Source: Patescibacteria group bacterium (GTDB lineage: Bacteria > Patescibacteriota > Microgenomatia > UBA10105 > UBA927). Taken from it: 56,254 nt of DNA. The stretch lies in NCBI GenBank assembly GCA_038063875.1, contig JBBTUH010000025.1, forward strand, positions 1 to 56,254, written 5' to 3'. Position numbers and translations under genes: made by a program. The notes under the pieces are model-generated. The model had not been told where the DNA came from and searched no databases. It worked only from the letters and a program-made list of their open reading frames with translations. This document shows, one piece after another, positions 29,521-39,958 of this stretch (the stretch's first letter is position 1; every line of letters begins with the position of its first letter).

Positions 29521-30282
29521 ATGTTCGATTTAACCAATAAGGTCGCCTTCGTTACAGGTGCTTCAAGCGGTATTGGTAGAGCGAGCGCTCTCGCACTTGC
29601 CAATCAAGGTGCAAAGGTCGTCGTTACCGCACGTCGTATGGATAAACTGGTAGCCCTTGCCGCGGAAATAAAGTCCCATGGTCACCAAGCACTTGCGATT
29701 GCCATGGATGTGACGAAAAAATCTGAGATAGATAGTGCGATAACAAAGGCAGTGAGTGAATTCGGGCGATTAGATATACTCTTAAATAATGCAGGTGTTG
29801 CAGAATTTGCCCCATTTCTCGACATGACCGAGGCCCAATGGGACAAAACGCTCGATACAAACCTTAAGGGATATTTCTTCGTCGCACAAACGGCTGCCCG
29901 AGAAATGGCGAAAAATAAATGGGGACGTATCATCAATATTTCCTCAATTGCTTCTGCAGGTGTCGGTGTTGGTTTCCCCCAGATAGCCCAGTACTGTGCC
30001 AGTAAGGGCGGCGTGATCGGTCTTACCGAGGCGCTAGCTGATGAACTAGCCCCTATGGGAATACTCGTTAATGCCATCGGTCCAGGAGTCATAGAAACAG
30101 ACATGACCACAGGGATGCTCAAAGACCCAACACAAGCGGCTCAACTACTCTCTCGTGCGCCACTCAAACGTGCTGGTAAAGCTGAAGAAATCGCCGCAGC
30201 GGTCGTCTATTTTGCATCAGATGAAGCTTCCTATACGACAGGGGCCACACTCTATGTGGACGGCGGCTGGCTGGCGACCTAA
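29521..30282 (+). CDS. Short-chain dehydrogenase/reductase
   Basis: TGASSGIG, NNAG, YCASK, VDGG. Confidence 0.95.
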   Translation: MFDLTNKVAFVTGASSGIGRASALALANQGAKVVVTARRMDKLVALAAEIKSHGHQALAIAMDVTKKSEIDSAITKAVSEFGRLDILLNNAGVAEFAPFLDMTEAQWDKTLDTNLKGYFFVAQTAAREMAKNKWGRIINISSIASAGVGVGFPQIAQYCASKGGVIGLTEALADELAPMGILVNAIGPGVIETDMTTGMLKDPTQAAQLLSRAPLKRAGKAEEIAAAVVYFASDEASYTTGATLYVDGGWLAT

Positions 30283-30289
30283 TTTGTTC

Positions 30290-30967
30290 TTACAAATACA
30301 ACGCCACCGTCATATTCCAAAAAATATGCACGAGAATTGGCGCGACTAATGAGCGCGTGTTATACAAAAGTAAACTATTGGCAAACGCGAGGACAAAGTC
30401 TGTAACAAAGAAAAGTGCGAGTGTTACACCATGAAGCTTTAATCCTGTAACCAAAATTGGCACATGTAAAAACACGAACATAATACTCGACAGGAAAGCG
30501 GCATAGGGCAAATTCTTTGTTTTCTCATATATCCTTGTAAAGACAAACCCCCTACTGAGAAGCTCCTCTGAAAACGCAGTCGCCAAGGATAAAAGAATCA
30601 TAAGACCAATCCCTAGCTCTTCAAATGGCGTATTGGGCAAAAGTTGTATCTTGCCGTATTTTATGGCATTTGCCGCAATTCCCTCGAGCGCAAAGACCAA
30701 TCCAAAACCTAATCCAATATAGATGCTGGTGAATATATTTTTTGTCGTCAGCCCGAGCGATTCAAACGATCGCTTCTCACGAACGCGTACATACCACAAC
30801 ACGGGAAGGGCAAACACCAGTGGCTTAAACACAAATTCATCAGCCCACTCAGGCAGGTGGAAAAAATATCGGTACAGAGCCCACACGATGACTATCCACC
30901 CCCATAAATGATAGAGAGCGTCAAGTGTTGAAGGGGGTGTTTTTTTCACAACGGATTTTTTAGACAT
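30290..30967 (-). CDS. CPBP/Abi family intramembrane metalloprotease
   Basis: EELLSRG, FVFLH, HIFWN. Confidence 0.9.
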   Translation of the reverse strand: MSKKSVVKKTPPSTLDALYHLWGWIVIVWALYRYFFHLPEWADEFVFKPLVFALPVLWYVRVREKRSFESLGLTTKNIFTSIYIGLGFGLVFALEGIAANAIKYGKIQLLPNTPFEELGIGLMILLSLATAFSEELLSRGFVFTRIYEKTKNLPYAAFLSSIMFVFLHVPILVTGLKLHGVTLALFFVTDFVLAFANSLLLYNTRSLVAPILVHIFWNMTVALYL

Positions 30968-31022
30968 ACTTGTACGATACGCTCGTTTTCACTCCCTTGC
31001 AAGAGCTATTATCCCGTTTTCT

Positions 31023-31484
31023 TTATCGGATAAATACATACGTTTCGATAATAAATACTACAACAAATCCAATAAGGATCCACTGCTGTATCCGCACGTG
31101 CACCATGTCTGCAGTCATTCGGTACCACGAGGCGTTACTCCCTGTCAGTCTCCACTCCCCGACTTGCCAGAACAAAAGTTGTAAAAATAAAGAGAGAACA
31201 AGGCCTCTTGCTAACGCGACACTTGATGATGTCGTCACAAAAAAACTCACAAAAACGTAGACACTCATAAATACGATCGAACGAAATGGTGAAGGCGTAA
31301 GTGCAAAAAAATCTTCTGCCACATCCAAAAAATAGATACCGACAATCCCGCCGACCATAAACCATGCCGTATCGAAAATAGGATGTATACCCCACTTCAA
31401 AAGTGTAACGACCAAAAGGTACGTCAGTGATCCAATAAGAAAAAACAAGGGCTTCTTTTTTATTATGGTTCGGATTTTATCCAT
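31023..31484 (-). CDS. Hypothetical membrane protein
   Basis: Several TM segments; operon context. Confidence 0.75.
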   Translation of the reverse strand: MDKIRTIIKKKPLFFLIGSLTYLLVVTLLKWGIHPIFDTAWFMVGGIVGIYFLDVAEDFFALTPSPFRSIVFMSVYVFVSFFVTTSSSVALARGLVLSLFLQLLFWQVGEWRLTGSNASWYRMTADMVHVRIQQWILIGFVVVFIIETYVFIR

Positions 31485-31490
31485 AGAGGT

Positions 31491-31748
31491 TTACGGTATC
31501 TTTCGCAATTCCTTCATCTTCCACATAAAAAGTCGTGCTTTGTTTCTTGCTTTACTATCCTTTACAAAGGAAAGTGCTTTCTCAAGAATTGCGCGTGGGA
31601 TAGTTTTTGCTAGGCGAATATAGAGCGATTTATGCTTGTAGTCATCAAGTGTTTCTGACAAAAACACCCCATACGCTTGAAATTCACGAGAGATGTATTT
31701 ATCTTCAATCGGGTTAAACGTTTTCAGAATTGAACCTATGGTTTGCAT
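31491..31748 (-). CDS. Hypothetical protein (85 aa)
   Basis: Coupled to pth; plausible basic helical protein. Confidence 0.75.
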   Translation of the reverse strand: MQTIGSILKTFNPIEDKYISREFQAYGVFLSETLDDYKHKSLYIRLAKTIPRAILEKALSFVKDSKARNKARLFMWKMKELRKIP

Positions 31749-31749
31749 A

Positions 31750-32343
31750 TTAGTTAAATTTATTCATCGCTTTATCAATGCCTTCAATAAGCCCAGTTCT
31801 CACAGCCTCCATGCCACGTTTGACAAGGTGTCGCAGATCTCCCGCTTCACTTCTTCCGAATCTGGACAATACATATTTAATCACCGATGATTTATGCATC
31901 TTTGGCTCTGTTTGTCCTTCTGTTTCAGATGTTCCTCTTCCAATGCCTAGTCGAAAGCGAATAAATGAATCGGTTTTTAAAGACGCAATAATTGATTCGA
32001 TACCATTGTGTCCTGCTGTACCACCTCCAGCGCGTATGCGTATTTTTCCCATGGGTAAATCAAGATCATCATGGACTACCCATAAGTCGTCAGGCTTCGC
32101 TTTATAAAAATTGAGAATTTTTTGTGCAGCTGTGCCGCTGCCATTTACAAACGTCTGTGGTTTCACAAGAATCACATCACCAAATTTTATCGTTTCAGAT
32201 ACAAGTGCTTTACTTTTTTTCCACCCATCAGTTTTTCCAATGCCTAACTCTAACGCAAGTTTATCAACAACCATAAACCCTATATTATGCCGAGTGCCAT
32301 CATATTTTTCACCTGGGTTTCCCAGTCCAACTATTATTTTCAT
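31750..32343 (-). CDS. pth: Peptidyl-tRNA hydrolase
   Basis: GLGNPG..Y..TRHN, VHDDLD, GHNG. Confidence 0.96.
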   Translation of the reverse strand: MKIIVGLGNPGEKYDGTRHNIGFMVVDKLALELGIGKTDGWKKSKALVSETIKFGDVILVKPQTFVNGSGTAAQKILNFYKAKPDDLWVVHDDLDLPMGKIRIRAGGGTAGHNGIESIIASLKTDSFIRFRLGIGRGTSETEGQTEPKMHKSSVIKYVLSRFGRSEAGDLRHLVKRGMEAVRTGLIEGIDKAMNKFN

Positions 32344-32438
32344 AGGCAACCGTTACTCTTCCCTGCTACCTAATCAAGGAAACGTGAACAACGACGCTTT
32401 CTCTATGGGTTGTTCACGTTTATTGATTACGTAACCAA

Positions 32439-32777
32439 TTACTTACCCATCTTTGCCAACTGCTTTTCTGCCATAACGCCCACGTACGGAACTTTATACA
32501 TTTCGCCTTGGAATGCTTTCCACATACACAAAATCCAGAGGATAAACGTAGCGAAACTTAATAAAAGCCCGACGAGCCATCCTAATATTGGGATGAACCC
32601 GAGAGCGATGTTTGCCACAAACACTCCTCCAAAAAGGAGCGTTGATTGCATTGCATGAAATCGGACGAATTTACTCTGCTTCTCAATAAGAAGCATAATA
32701 ATTCCAGTCACAAATCCCAACAAATATGAGGCTGCTGCCATCATATTTTCATTGCCTTTTGTTGTTGATACTGCCAT
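32439..32777 (-). CDS. DUF4870-like membrane protein
   Basis: FVRFHAMQS, IPILGW, KAFQGE.YKVP. Confidence 0.85.
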   Translation of the reverse strand: MAVSTTKGNENMMAAASYLLGFVTGIIMLLIEKQSKFVRFHAMQSTLLFGGVFVANIALGFIPILGWLVGLLLSFATFILWILCMWKAFQGEMYKVPYVGVMAEKQLAKMGK

Positions 32778-32863
32778 TTTTCTTCACCACCTTTCCTATA
32801 TCCACAATACCACGCCAGTTTTTATAACGTCAACGACGCGATTATTCTTTCCTTGGAGTATAC

Positions 32864-33289
32864 CTACGAGCGCGTGGGGTGGACGATAAATTTCGCTCTC
32901 GTAAAATGCTCATCAAACGTCGCCACATCAGTAAGCCCCAGACGCTTCATGACGGCAAATGATACACAGTCCGTAAAAGAAAGTTTGCTCCAATCCATCT
33001 CAAACCATTCCCACGCCCCCGCATCGTCATCTACCATCACACGAATTATTTTTATATATTCAGCATTCTCATACAGAAGATCGCGAAGTTTTTTGGCAAC
33101 TGGGAAACCACATCGAAAACGAATAAGGGTCAGAGACTCATCGATGATGTAATTTGTAGTAACAAGCTCCGTGTCTTGTTGACGGAATAAATCCCATTGT
33201 ATTTTTGCTTGATTATGAAAGTCGTCTTTGGAATCTAATAAAGCCTTAAAAAAGCTTGTATCGAGATATATAGCGTGTGATACATTCAT
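32864..33289 (-). CDS. vapC: PIN domain toxin
   Basis: YLDTS, IIDE, SFTDC, TFDEHF. Confidence 0.93.
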   Translation of the reverse strand: MNVSHAIYLDTSFFKALLDSKDDFHNQAKIQWDLFRQQDTELVTTNYIIDESLTLIRFRCGFPVAKKLRDLLYENAEYIKIIRVMVDDDAGAWEWFEMDWSKLSFTDCVSFAVMKRLGLTDVATFDEHFTRAKFIVHPTRS

Positions 33290-33564
33290 GAATCGTAAAT
33301 GATTTTATCATCCTCTGAAAGCTCATATTTTTTTCCAGTATTTTTCATTTTTGAGATAGCGAGCATAGCGTCAAAGAAGACATGTCTTTTTTCTGTACGC
33401 GTTGGTTGATTGTCTTTTGCCATGCTGCGTTTGGTGGCAGAGCTGGTGACGAGCGTATGAATATATTCGTTCACACTCATACCAAGCTCCCCTGCCATTG
33501 CTTTCACTTGCAAGTAGTCTGATCGGGGCATACGAAGATTAGTAACGACCATCGATTGTTTCAT
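33286..33564 (-). CDS. RHH-type antitoxin
   Basis: TNLRMP...MSVNEYI; 4-nt overlap with the PIN gene. Confidence 0.8.
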   Translation of the reverse strand: MKQSMVVTNLRMPRSDYLQVKAMAGELGMSVNEYIHTLVTSSATKRSMAKDNQPTRTEKRHVFFDAMLAISKMKNTGKKYELSEDDKIIYDS

Positions 33565-33575
33565 ATAGTATGAAA

Positions 33576-33589
33576 CATACTATAGTATG
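33576..33589. promoter_or_regulatory. Palindromic operator candidate in a TA promoter
   Basis: Perfect 14-bp palindrome catactatagtatg just inside TTGACA (33597-33602). Confidence 0.55.
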
Positions 33590-33656
33590 ATTAGTATGTC
33601 AAGACTACATTTTATTTCATGATATAATACGCGAGTACTAGCAATCTATCTCGAAC

Positions 33657-34376
33657 GTGAATAAAAAAATATACGATCAGATTTATCCAAAAGTCTCTGT
33701 CATCGTCCCTTGCTATAACGAACGAGAACGCATACTCCCAGTTCTTGAGAGCATCAAAAAATCGTCCTACGTTGAAGAAATTATCGTCGTTGACGACTCT
33801 TCAGAAGAAAAAACTATACAACTACTCAGATCTCTAAAAAATATCACACTCATTACCCTCAAAGAGAATAAAGGCAAAGCGTTGGCACTTAAAATCGGCG
33901 TCTTAAATGCACATACAGATACTGTAATGTTTGTGGATAGTGATCTTAAAAATCTTACGCCAGAAAATATTGACCAGATGGTCGAAGCATTTTTTGATGG
34001 AGGATATGATATGGTTATTGGTGAACGAGAAAGGGAGTGGATCTTCGCACGATACACTGGTATGGCAACGACACTTGCGGGAGAAAGAATCATCAAAAAA
34101 CAATTACTATTAGACCACATGGAGCTCTTTAAAGCGGAAGGATACTTAATAGAATCAGCGATCAATAAACTATTTTTTAAACAAAAAAAAGTTGGGAGAG
34201 TGCTTCTTTATGGAGTCGGACAATTTTGGAAAGAACAAAAATCAGGAATAGGCGCAGTCTTTCTAAAAGACATACCATGGATGATTCGGTATATTCGATT
34301 CTTAGGAATTAAAGATTTTTTGGGGCAACTCTATTTTGCCAAAAAATTACCGTTTATACCATCCTCAAGAAAATAA
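33657..34376 (+). CDS. Glycosyltransferase family 2
   Basis: SVIVPCYNE, VVDDSS, FVDSD. Confidence 0.9.
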   Translation: MNKKIYDQIYPKVSVIVPCYNERERILPVLESIKKSSYVEEIIVVDDSSEEKTIQLLRSLKNITLITLKENKGKALALKIGVLNAHTDTVMFVDSDLKNLTPENIDQMVEAFFDGGYDMVIGEREREWIFARYTGMATTLAGERIIKKQLLLDHMELFKAEGYLIESAINKLFFKQKKVGRVLLYGVGQFWKEQKSGIGAVFLKDIPWMIRYIRFLGIKDFLGQLYFAKKLPFIPSSRK

Positions 34377-35186
34377 TTCTTTTGTAAAATTTTTAAGTTT
34401 CCGTTCATACTTTTTTAGCACAGACTGCTTTACGAGCTTTCTCTTTTCATACAAATGTCCGCCCATAATGTACCCAGGCATTTTTTTCAAAGCACTTTTG
34501 GTAAAAAGTGCGACTAATCCGGCAGTAATATACTGCTGAACTACTTTTAAAGTCCCCTGCTTTCTATATCTTCGTAATGAATACACACAGATAGTTTCAC
34601 GCAAAACAGACAATGTATATCCAGTTTTTGCTAAGCGCAATCCGAAATCTACATCCTCATTAAATGCATGCTCTTCATCATATCCACCGACACTGTCATA
34701 GGCAATTCTTGATACGAATGTAAGTGGACCAGGTGTTAATTGTCGTTTTACGACAAGAGACATCTCTATGGTCAAATTTGTTACAAGTGTAAACAAAGCG
34801 TCGCCTGATATAGGGCTATCCGGCATAAACCATGACGTGAATACCGTAGGCTTAGTAGTCAATATAAATACTTCACAACGTTTTAGTGCATATGGTAAAA
34901 AAATCCCATCTGCATCAACAAACACGAGCCATTCACCTTTTGCGTATTTGGCTCCGTAATTTCTCTGATACGGAAGGCTTGCTTTTGGACTTGTTACCAC
35001 AGCCAACGAGGGTAATTTTTTCGCATATGATTTTGCCACTTTCACGGTATCATCTTTCGATTTTCCATCAACGACGATCACCTCAAAAGACTTCATCGTT
35101 TGTGCGGCAAGGGAAGAAAGAAGGGTTGGAAGAAATTTCTCTTCGTTTAGTGCTGGAATAATAACAGAGAACAACGGCTTTCTCAT
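34365..35186 (-). CDS. Glycosyltransferase family 2
   Basis: SVIIPALNEE, VDGKSKD, FVDAD, GGYDE, EDVD. Confidence 0.92.
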   Translation of the reverse strand: MRKPLFSVIIPALNEEKFLPTLLSSLAAQTMKSFEVIVVDGKSKDDTVKVAKSYAKKLPSLAVVTSPKASLPYQRNYGAKYAKGEWLVFVDADGIFLPYALKRCEVFILTTKPTVFTSWFMPDSPISGDALFTLVTNLTIEMSLVVKRQLTPGPLTFVSRIAYDSVGGYDEEHAFNEDVDFGLRLAKTGYTLSVLRETICVYSLRRYRKQGTLKVVQQYITAGLVALFTKSALKKMPGYIMGGHLYEKRKLVKQSVLKKYERKLKNFTKELFS

Positions 35187-35213
35187 GCACCAATTATACC
35201 ATTTAGACTCTCA

Positions 35214-36155
35214 TCATTGCCTGAGAAACTCAAAAAACACAAACATGCCATAAAAGAGTAAAAGCCCCAACCCTTCTTTGCGTGTTATATCTCTGCGTGA
35301 TGAAATCGCCCACACAAAAAATAATGTAACGGTACAAAGAAGCACCAACGAAAAAAGCATACGTTCTGAATTTTCTACTCGAAATGGTGCGACTAATCCA
35401 AGCACGCCTAAAATTGGTGTATTTGCAGCAGCGCTCCCCAATAAATCCCCAAAGGCTATTGATTTGGTTTTTGATTTGCCAGCCTGCCACGCGAGTGCGA
35501 ATTCAGGTAAATTAGTACCAAGTGACAAAAGTACTAATCCAAATACAAATGCAGGAATGTTAAAAAATGCTATTAATTTCGTCGCAAATTCGACGATAAA
35601 ATATGAAGCAACAAACATTGTGACAAGCCCGAGTGCTAAAAACATAAAAGACTTCCACAACGCTGATGGGTGGTTAGACGTGTGTGCTGCGTGTCTATTT
35701 ATTTTCGTTTCATTACGCAAAAGCAGTGCGTGGATTATGTAGGTGCCAATAAGGAGCGCTCCTTCTATACGAGTAAGCGATCCATCCCACAAAACAGTAA
35801 CGGGCGCTACAACGACAAGACTAGAGAGGACAATTTCGCCAAATGTCATGCCGTGATCAAGCGTTATTTTGCCATACAGAACACTACTTAATCCCATGAC
35901 AAGAGACAAAAGGAGTATTGATCCACCTATAAGATTACCAACGGACAGTTGTGGCACGCCTTCTACCACTGATCGATACGCCACAAACATTTCTGGCGCC
36001 GATGTACAAAAACCCAGAAGGAGAAACGAAAGCGAAAATCCTGTAATCCCCATGACACGAGAAATATGAGCGACAGACCGAGACACAATACGCGCGCCAC
36101 TGGTTAAAAATATACCAAGACCTAGTAATGCTACGATTTGTAAAAAGTATTGCAT
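35214..36155 (-). CDS. Sodium/calcium exchanger family protein
   Basis: TSAPE and GTNLPE alpha repeats, GNLIGG, GDLLGS. Confidence 0.9.
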   Translation of the reverse strand: MQYFLQIVALLGLGIFLTSGARIVSRSVAHISRVMGITGFSLSFLLLGFCTSAPEMFVAYRSVVEGVPQLSVGNLIGGSILLLSLVMGLSSVLYGKITLDHGMTFGEIVLSSLVVVAPVTVLWDGSLTRIEGALLIGTYIIHALLLRNETKINRHAAHTSNHPSALWKSFMFLALGLVTMFVASYFIVEFATKLIAFFNIPAFVFGLVLLSLGTNLPEFALAWQAGKSKTKSIAFGDLLGSAAANTPILGVLGLVAPFRVENSERMLFSLVLLCTVTLFFVWAISSRRDITRKEGLGLLLFYGMFVFFEFLRQ

Positions 36156-36158
36156 AGT

Positions 36159-37919
36159 CTATTTTTTATGGGTACTTTTCTGCAGTGCGTACATAGAAGC
36201 AATTTCTTTTGTCGTTGTCGCATTGGACACACCCTTGTCCTCTCGTACACGAACAAGTCTTGGAAATCGTACAGCATAGCCGGCACTATGAAACGGTGAC
36301 CTCGTAAGATCATCACCAGCAATCTCAACGACCACCCGTGGTGAGACCCAAACATCGGGAACAAGCATATCTGATACTTCGCCGTATTCTTTCGGTTTTT
36401 GGTGTGTTTCAAACGTGGTAAAAAGTGTTTTTAAAATCCCCCACTTCTCATCAGTCACCCCAGTACCGATTTTCGTGAGGGTCACGATCTCATCGTTATG
36501 GCTTGCCCCGCGTAGCCTTGGCGAAGTGGGGACCCCGACGAGAAACGCACCAATGCCAAATCCTGATCGCTTCCCTTCTCCTTTATAATATCCCATCACC
36601 ACTGCATCTATGGTATCGGTTAATTTCCCCGTCTTTCCCTCTTCTTCTTTAAACTTTACCCATGAGAACCCTTTACGACCCGTCTCATACGGACTATCAA
36701 TTTTTTTTACTACCACACCTTCTAATCCCTCTTTAATCTGTGCCTCATGATAGTCACGAAGCTCCTGTGGATTGTTGGTAACGATATGAGGAGAAATGGT
36801 AAGCACCGCGCCCCTTTTAATAGTTTGCTCGAGTATAGTTCGTCGCTGGTCAAGCCTTCGTGCAATGAGATCTTTCCCATCACGATATAAAATATCAAAA
36901 ACAAAAAATGTGAGAGGAATTTCTGACTGAGCCTTTTCTATACCATGTTTTCTTTTTCGTGTGATTGTGTCTTGAAATGATAATCGTGCACCTGTTTTTG
37001 GATCCATGCCGACTGCTTCTGTGTCTAAAATGACATCATCAGCATTAAGTTGATTGCCAATCTCTAATAGTTCAGGAAACATTCCTGTCGTTTGTTCTAA
37101 ATTACGCGAGTACGACGTGACTTTGGGTTTTCTGTCAGGACCACCATGTCTTTGGTAATGGATTTGTACGCGTATTCCATCATATTTAGGCTCAACCGAT
37201 ACAGTGTTCATTTTTTCTATCATTTCATCAGCCGTTGGTAACCGAGAACAGAGCGCAGACAATATAGGAGCACCGACTTTTGCTCGTACATGAGTCAAAC
37301 CCTGTACCCCATATTTTTTCAGCTCGACAGCGATAAATCCCATGTCAGGATACACATTAAACGACGATTCTATTTTGTCTCTCAATGATTTATCACCCGC
37401 AAGCATCATGGATAAGGCATCGATGATGGTAACATCAGAGAATCCAAGCCGCAGTTTATCCAAAGGAATACGCACGATGTACCGAGCGCTTAACTTGTCT
37501 ACCTTTTGGAGAAGTTTTGCAATCTGTTCTATCTTTTGTTCTTGAGAGCCAGCACCACTACACTCTGCTATATCACGGAGTGCACGATACACGTGGGTAA
37601 TGCTCAGTTTTTTATCCGTGCCGTTATAAACAGCCTGTGAAACAATCCCTAAATCACCATGCTTCTTAAATTCACGCAAAACGGTGTCGATAGGCACATC
37701 GTACGCCTTTGCTATCGCACGGATAATAAACTTGTCTGCCATCCCAAATTCAAGCGGTTCATAGATAGGGGTCACTCTACCCTGTAGCAAATAACAAAGC
37801 TCGCTGATTTCTGAAACATCCGCCTTTAAAAACACTTCGCTTAACAGACGTGTCATTTCATTGCGTAGTGTTGTGTTCTCAATAGAGGAAATGTATACGG
37901 ATAATAATGAAAATTTCAT
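36159..37919 (-). CDS. ATP-dependent DNA ligase (archaeal/eukaryotic-type architecture)
   Basis: EPKYDGIR, FDIL, EGVVVK, WVKFK, RFPR; N-terminal DNA-binding domain with LRLG. Confidence 0.95.
   Translation of the reverse strand: MKFSLLSVYISSIENTTLRNEMTRLLSEVFLKADVSEISELCYLLQGRVTPIYEPLEFGMADKFIIRAIAKAYDVPIDTVLREFKKHGDLGIVSQAVYNGTDKKLSITHVYRALRDIAECSGAGSQEQKIEQIAKLLQKVDKLSARYIVRIPLDKLRLGFSDVTIIDALSMMLAGDKSLRDKIESSFNVYPDMGFIAVELKKYGVQGLTHVRAKVGAPILSALCSRLPTADEMIEKMNTVSVEPKYDGIRVQIHYQRHGGPDRKPKVTSYSRNLEQTTGMFPELLEIGNQLNADDVILDTEAVGMDPKTGARLSFQDTITRKRKHGIEKAQSEIPLTFFVFDILYRDGKDLIARRLDQRRTILEQTIKRGAVLTISPHIVTNNPQELRDYHEAQIKEGLEGVVVKKIDSPYETGRKGFSWVKFKEEEGKTGKLTDTIDAVVMGYYKGEGKRSGFGIGAFLVGVPTSPRLRGASHNDEIVTLTKIGTGVTDEKWGILKTLFTTFETHQKPKEYGEVSDMLVPDVWVSPRVVVEIAGDDLTRSPFHSAGYAVRFPRLVRVREDKGVSNATTTKEIASMYALQKSTHKK
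36506..36531. repeat. 26-bp palindromic element inside the ligase gene
   Basis: ccccgcgtagccttggcgaagtgggg, read as PTSPRLRG. Confidence 0.8.
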
Positions 37920-38101
37920 CGGATGAAAAACCAATATGCTCCTGCTATAAGGATCAGAAGAAAAATGCCGATACCAACAGCGACGATTCCATCAGCCTCT
38001 TCCCGCGTCATCTTGATAATACCCTGTGCTATGACGGTCATCGCAAAGAATGATGGTATAAGAAGCATCGCATACGTGATCGCTTGTGATGAAAAATCCA
38101 T
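37916..38101 (-). CDS. Small two-TM membrane protein
   Basis: Hydrophobic hairpin; 4-nt overlap with the ligase gene. Confidence 0.65.
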   Translation of the reverse strand: MDFSSQAITYAMLLIPSFFAMTVIAQGIIKMTREEADGIVAVGIGIFLLILIAGAYWFFIR

Positions 38102-38106
38102 AATCT

Positions 38107-39150
38107 TTATGTACAGAGCACGTAGCGTGCCCCTTTGGTAGTTCCCTCTTTTTTGACTATACCTTTTTTCAAGAGATCCTTCAAATCACGAAGTACCGTG
38201 TCTTCAGACACCATGGGGAATAATTCAAAAAATGCTTTATTTTGTAAAAAACCATTCTCTTGTACAAATTCAACAATTTTTATTTGTCGCTCAGTGAGCG
38301 TCATTTGCTGACCTCCAAAAGATTTTTTTATTTTTAGATCAGTGGAGAGAGACTTCACTTTTTCTTTCACTCGCGTGAGCTCTATGGCTAGACCTTCAAT
38401 AAAATATTCGAGCCAATGAGTAAGGTTACCCTTCTCCTTCTCAACCCCTTGCAGCGCCTCATAGTAAGCTAAAGGTTCGCGATCATAATGCTCTTCGAGA
38501 GAGAAAAATCGCTTGATGTCATAGCCATGGATAAAAAGTACTAACATAGCAATGGCTCTGGCAACTCGACCATTACCATCCAAAAATGGGTGTATTCGTA
38601 CGAGTTCATAATGTACGATGCCGGCTTTCAACGCTGGGTGCATATCCTCGTCTCCGACTCCGTCAAGCCATGAAAGAAAATCAATGAACAAAAATGGTAT
38701 CTCTACAGATGGTGGTGGACGAAATGTCACTTCACCTGTTTGGGCATTTTTTACGACCACTTGCGTCTTTCTGTATTCGCCGACATTTGCGTCTGCAAGT
38801 ATTCGATGCGCCACAAGTGCGTGCACGTGCTTTATAACCTCTTCTGTAAGAGTGTTCCCTTTATAATCCTCTATAAATCGTAAGACATTTCTATAATTTA
38901 ATACTTCTTGGATATCTCGCTCGCGTCCAATAATTTTATGGCCCGCCAAGACTTTTTCCGCCTCAGTAAGCGTCAAATCGTTGCCTTCTATGTGTGTGCC
39001 GTGGTGAACCGTACGCACTATCGCGTCTTCTCGAAACTTTGCTTCCCAAGCCGGTACGAGTGGGCTATTTTCAATAACCTCTTTGGAGGCTTCGATGACA
39101 CCAATGTGCTTTACTATTTTGTTCGTGATGGTAAATTGAGGCTGGTACAT
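38107..39150 (-). CDS. Fic family protein with C-terminal wHTH
   Basis: HPFLDGNGRVAR; THIEGN. Confidence 0.95.
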   Translation of the reverse strand: MYQPQFTITNKIVKHIGVIEASKEVIENSPLVPAWEAKFREDAIVRTVHHGTHIEGNDLTLTEAEKVLAGHKIIGRERDIQEVLNYRNVLRFIEDYKGNTLTEEVIKHVHALVAHRILADANVGEYRKTQVVVKNAQTGEVTFRPPPSVEIPFLFIDFLSWLDGVGDEDMHPALKAGIVHYELVRIHPFLDGNGRVARAIAMLVLFIHGYDIKRFFSLEEHYDREPLAYYEALQGVEKEKGNLTHWLEYFIEGLAIELTRVKEKVKSLSTDLKIKKSFGGQQMTLTERQIKIVEFVQENGFLQNKAFFELFPMVSEDTVLRDLKDLLKKGIVKKEGTTKGARYVLCT

Positions 39151-39192
39151 GAGTGAATAGTAATTCCCGCACTATTACTGTATAATAACCGC

Positions 39193-39441
39193 ATGGCGAC
39201 AAAAAAACAACTCCACATCACCATTCTTACCCAAATGCTCACACTGGCCACCTCTGGATTTGGACTTGTTGCAGCCCTTGCATGGAATAATGTCATTCAA
39301 GAATTCGTTAATACAAAAATAAAGCCATTTATCCCGTCAGGCGGCCTTGTTTCACTTTTTATTTACGCAATCCTTATTACCATCCTCGCCGTCACCATTA
39401 CCTATCAACTTAGTAAACTCATAGAAAAGTTAAAAGAATAA
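39193..39441 (+). CDS. DUF5654-like small membrane protein
   Basis: SGFGLVAALAWN. Confidence 0.82.
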   Translation: MATKKQLHITILTQMLTLATSGFGLVAALAWNNVIQEFVNTKIKPFIPSGGLVSLFIYAILITILAVTITYQLSKLIEKLKE

Positions 39442-39568
39442 TGTAATACTGTTTTGCAAGACCCCCTAATCCCCCCAAATTCCCTCATTTCCCCCACTCT
39501 AATCTGCACACCACTGAAGCGATGACGTGGTATAAAACAAACTGCCCGAACTTCCAAGACGCCGCGCT

Positions 39569-39958
39569 CTACGGCTCTATTCTTTTGATCCAATCAAAAT
39601 TTTTTAATCCTTTATCATATGAATACACCTCGGTAATATTGTTCTCTTTCATCAAAAACATATTAAGACAATCAGTCCAATCAACTAAATAGTTTTTATA
39701 ATATTGCAATGTATGTAATACGATATTTTTATTATCTATATCAATATCAAGCATCAATATTTTTTCAAGACATCTCACAACATCTTTTTTTGGCAATTCG
39801 TAAAATGATCGAAGCACCCATTCAATTTCAGAAATAACCAAGCTGGTAGTCACTAAATTATTCTCTGATTCTAGAAGTTTTTTACACGAATCTGATTTTT
39901 TACCAAATCGTGTAAATATCTCAATAAAAATATTCGTGTCAACGAAGCATGCGTTCAT
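39569..39958 (-). CDS. vapC: PIN domain toxin
   Basis: FVDTNIF, ISEI, WTDC, YSYD. Confidence 0.92.
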   Translation of the reverse strand: MNACFVDTNIFIEIFTRFGKKSDSCKKLLESENNLVTTSLVISEIEWVLRSFYELPKKDVVRCLEKILMLDIDIDNKNIVLHTLQYYKNYLVDWTDCLNMFLMKENNITEVYSYDKGLKNFDWIKRIEP

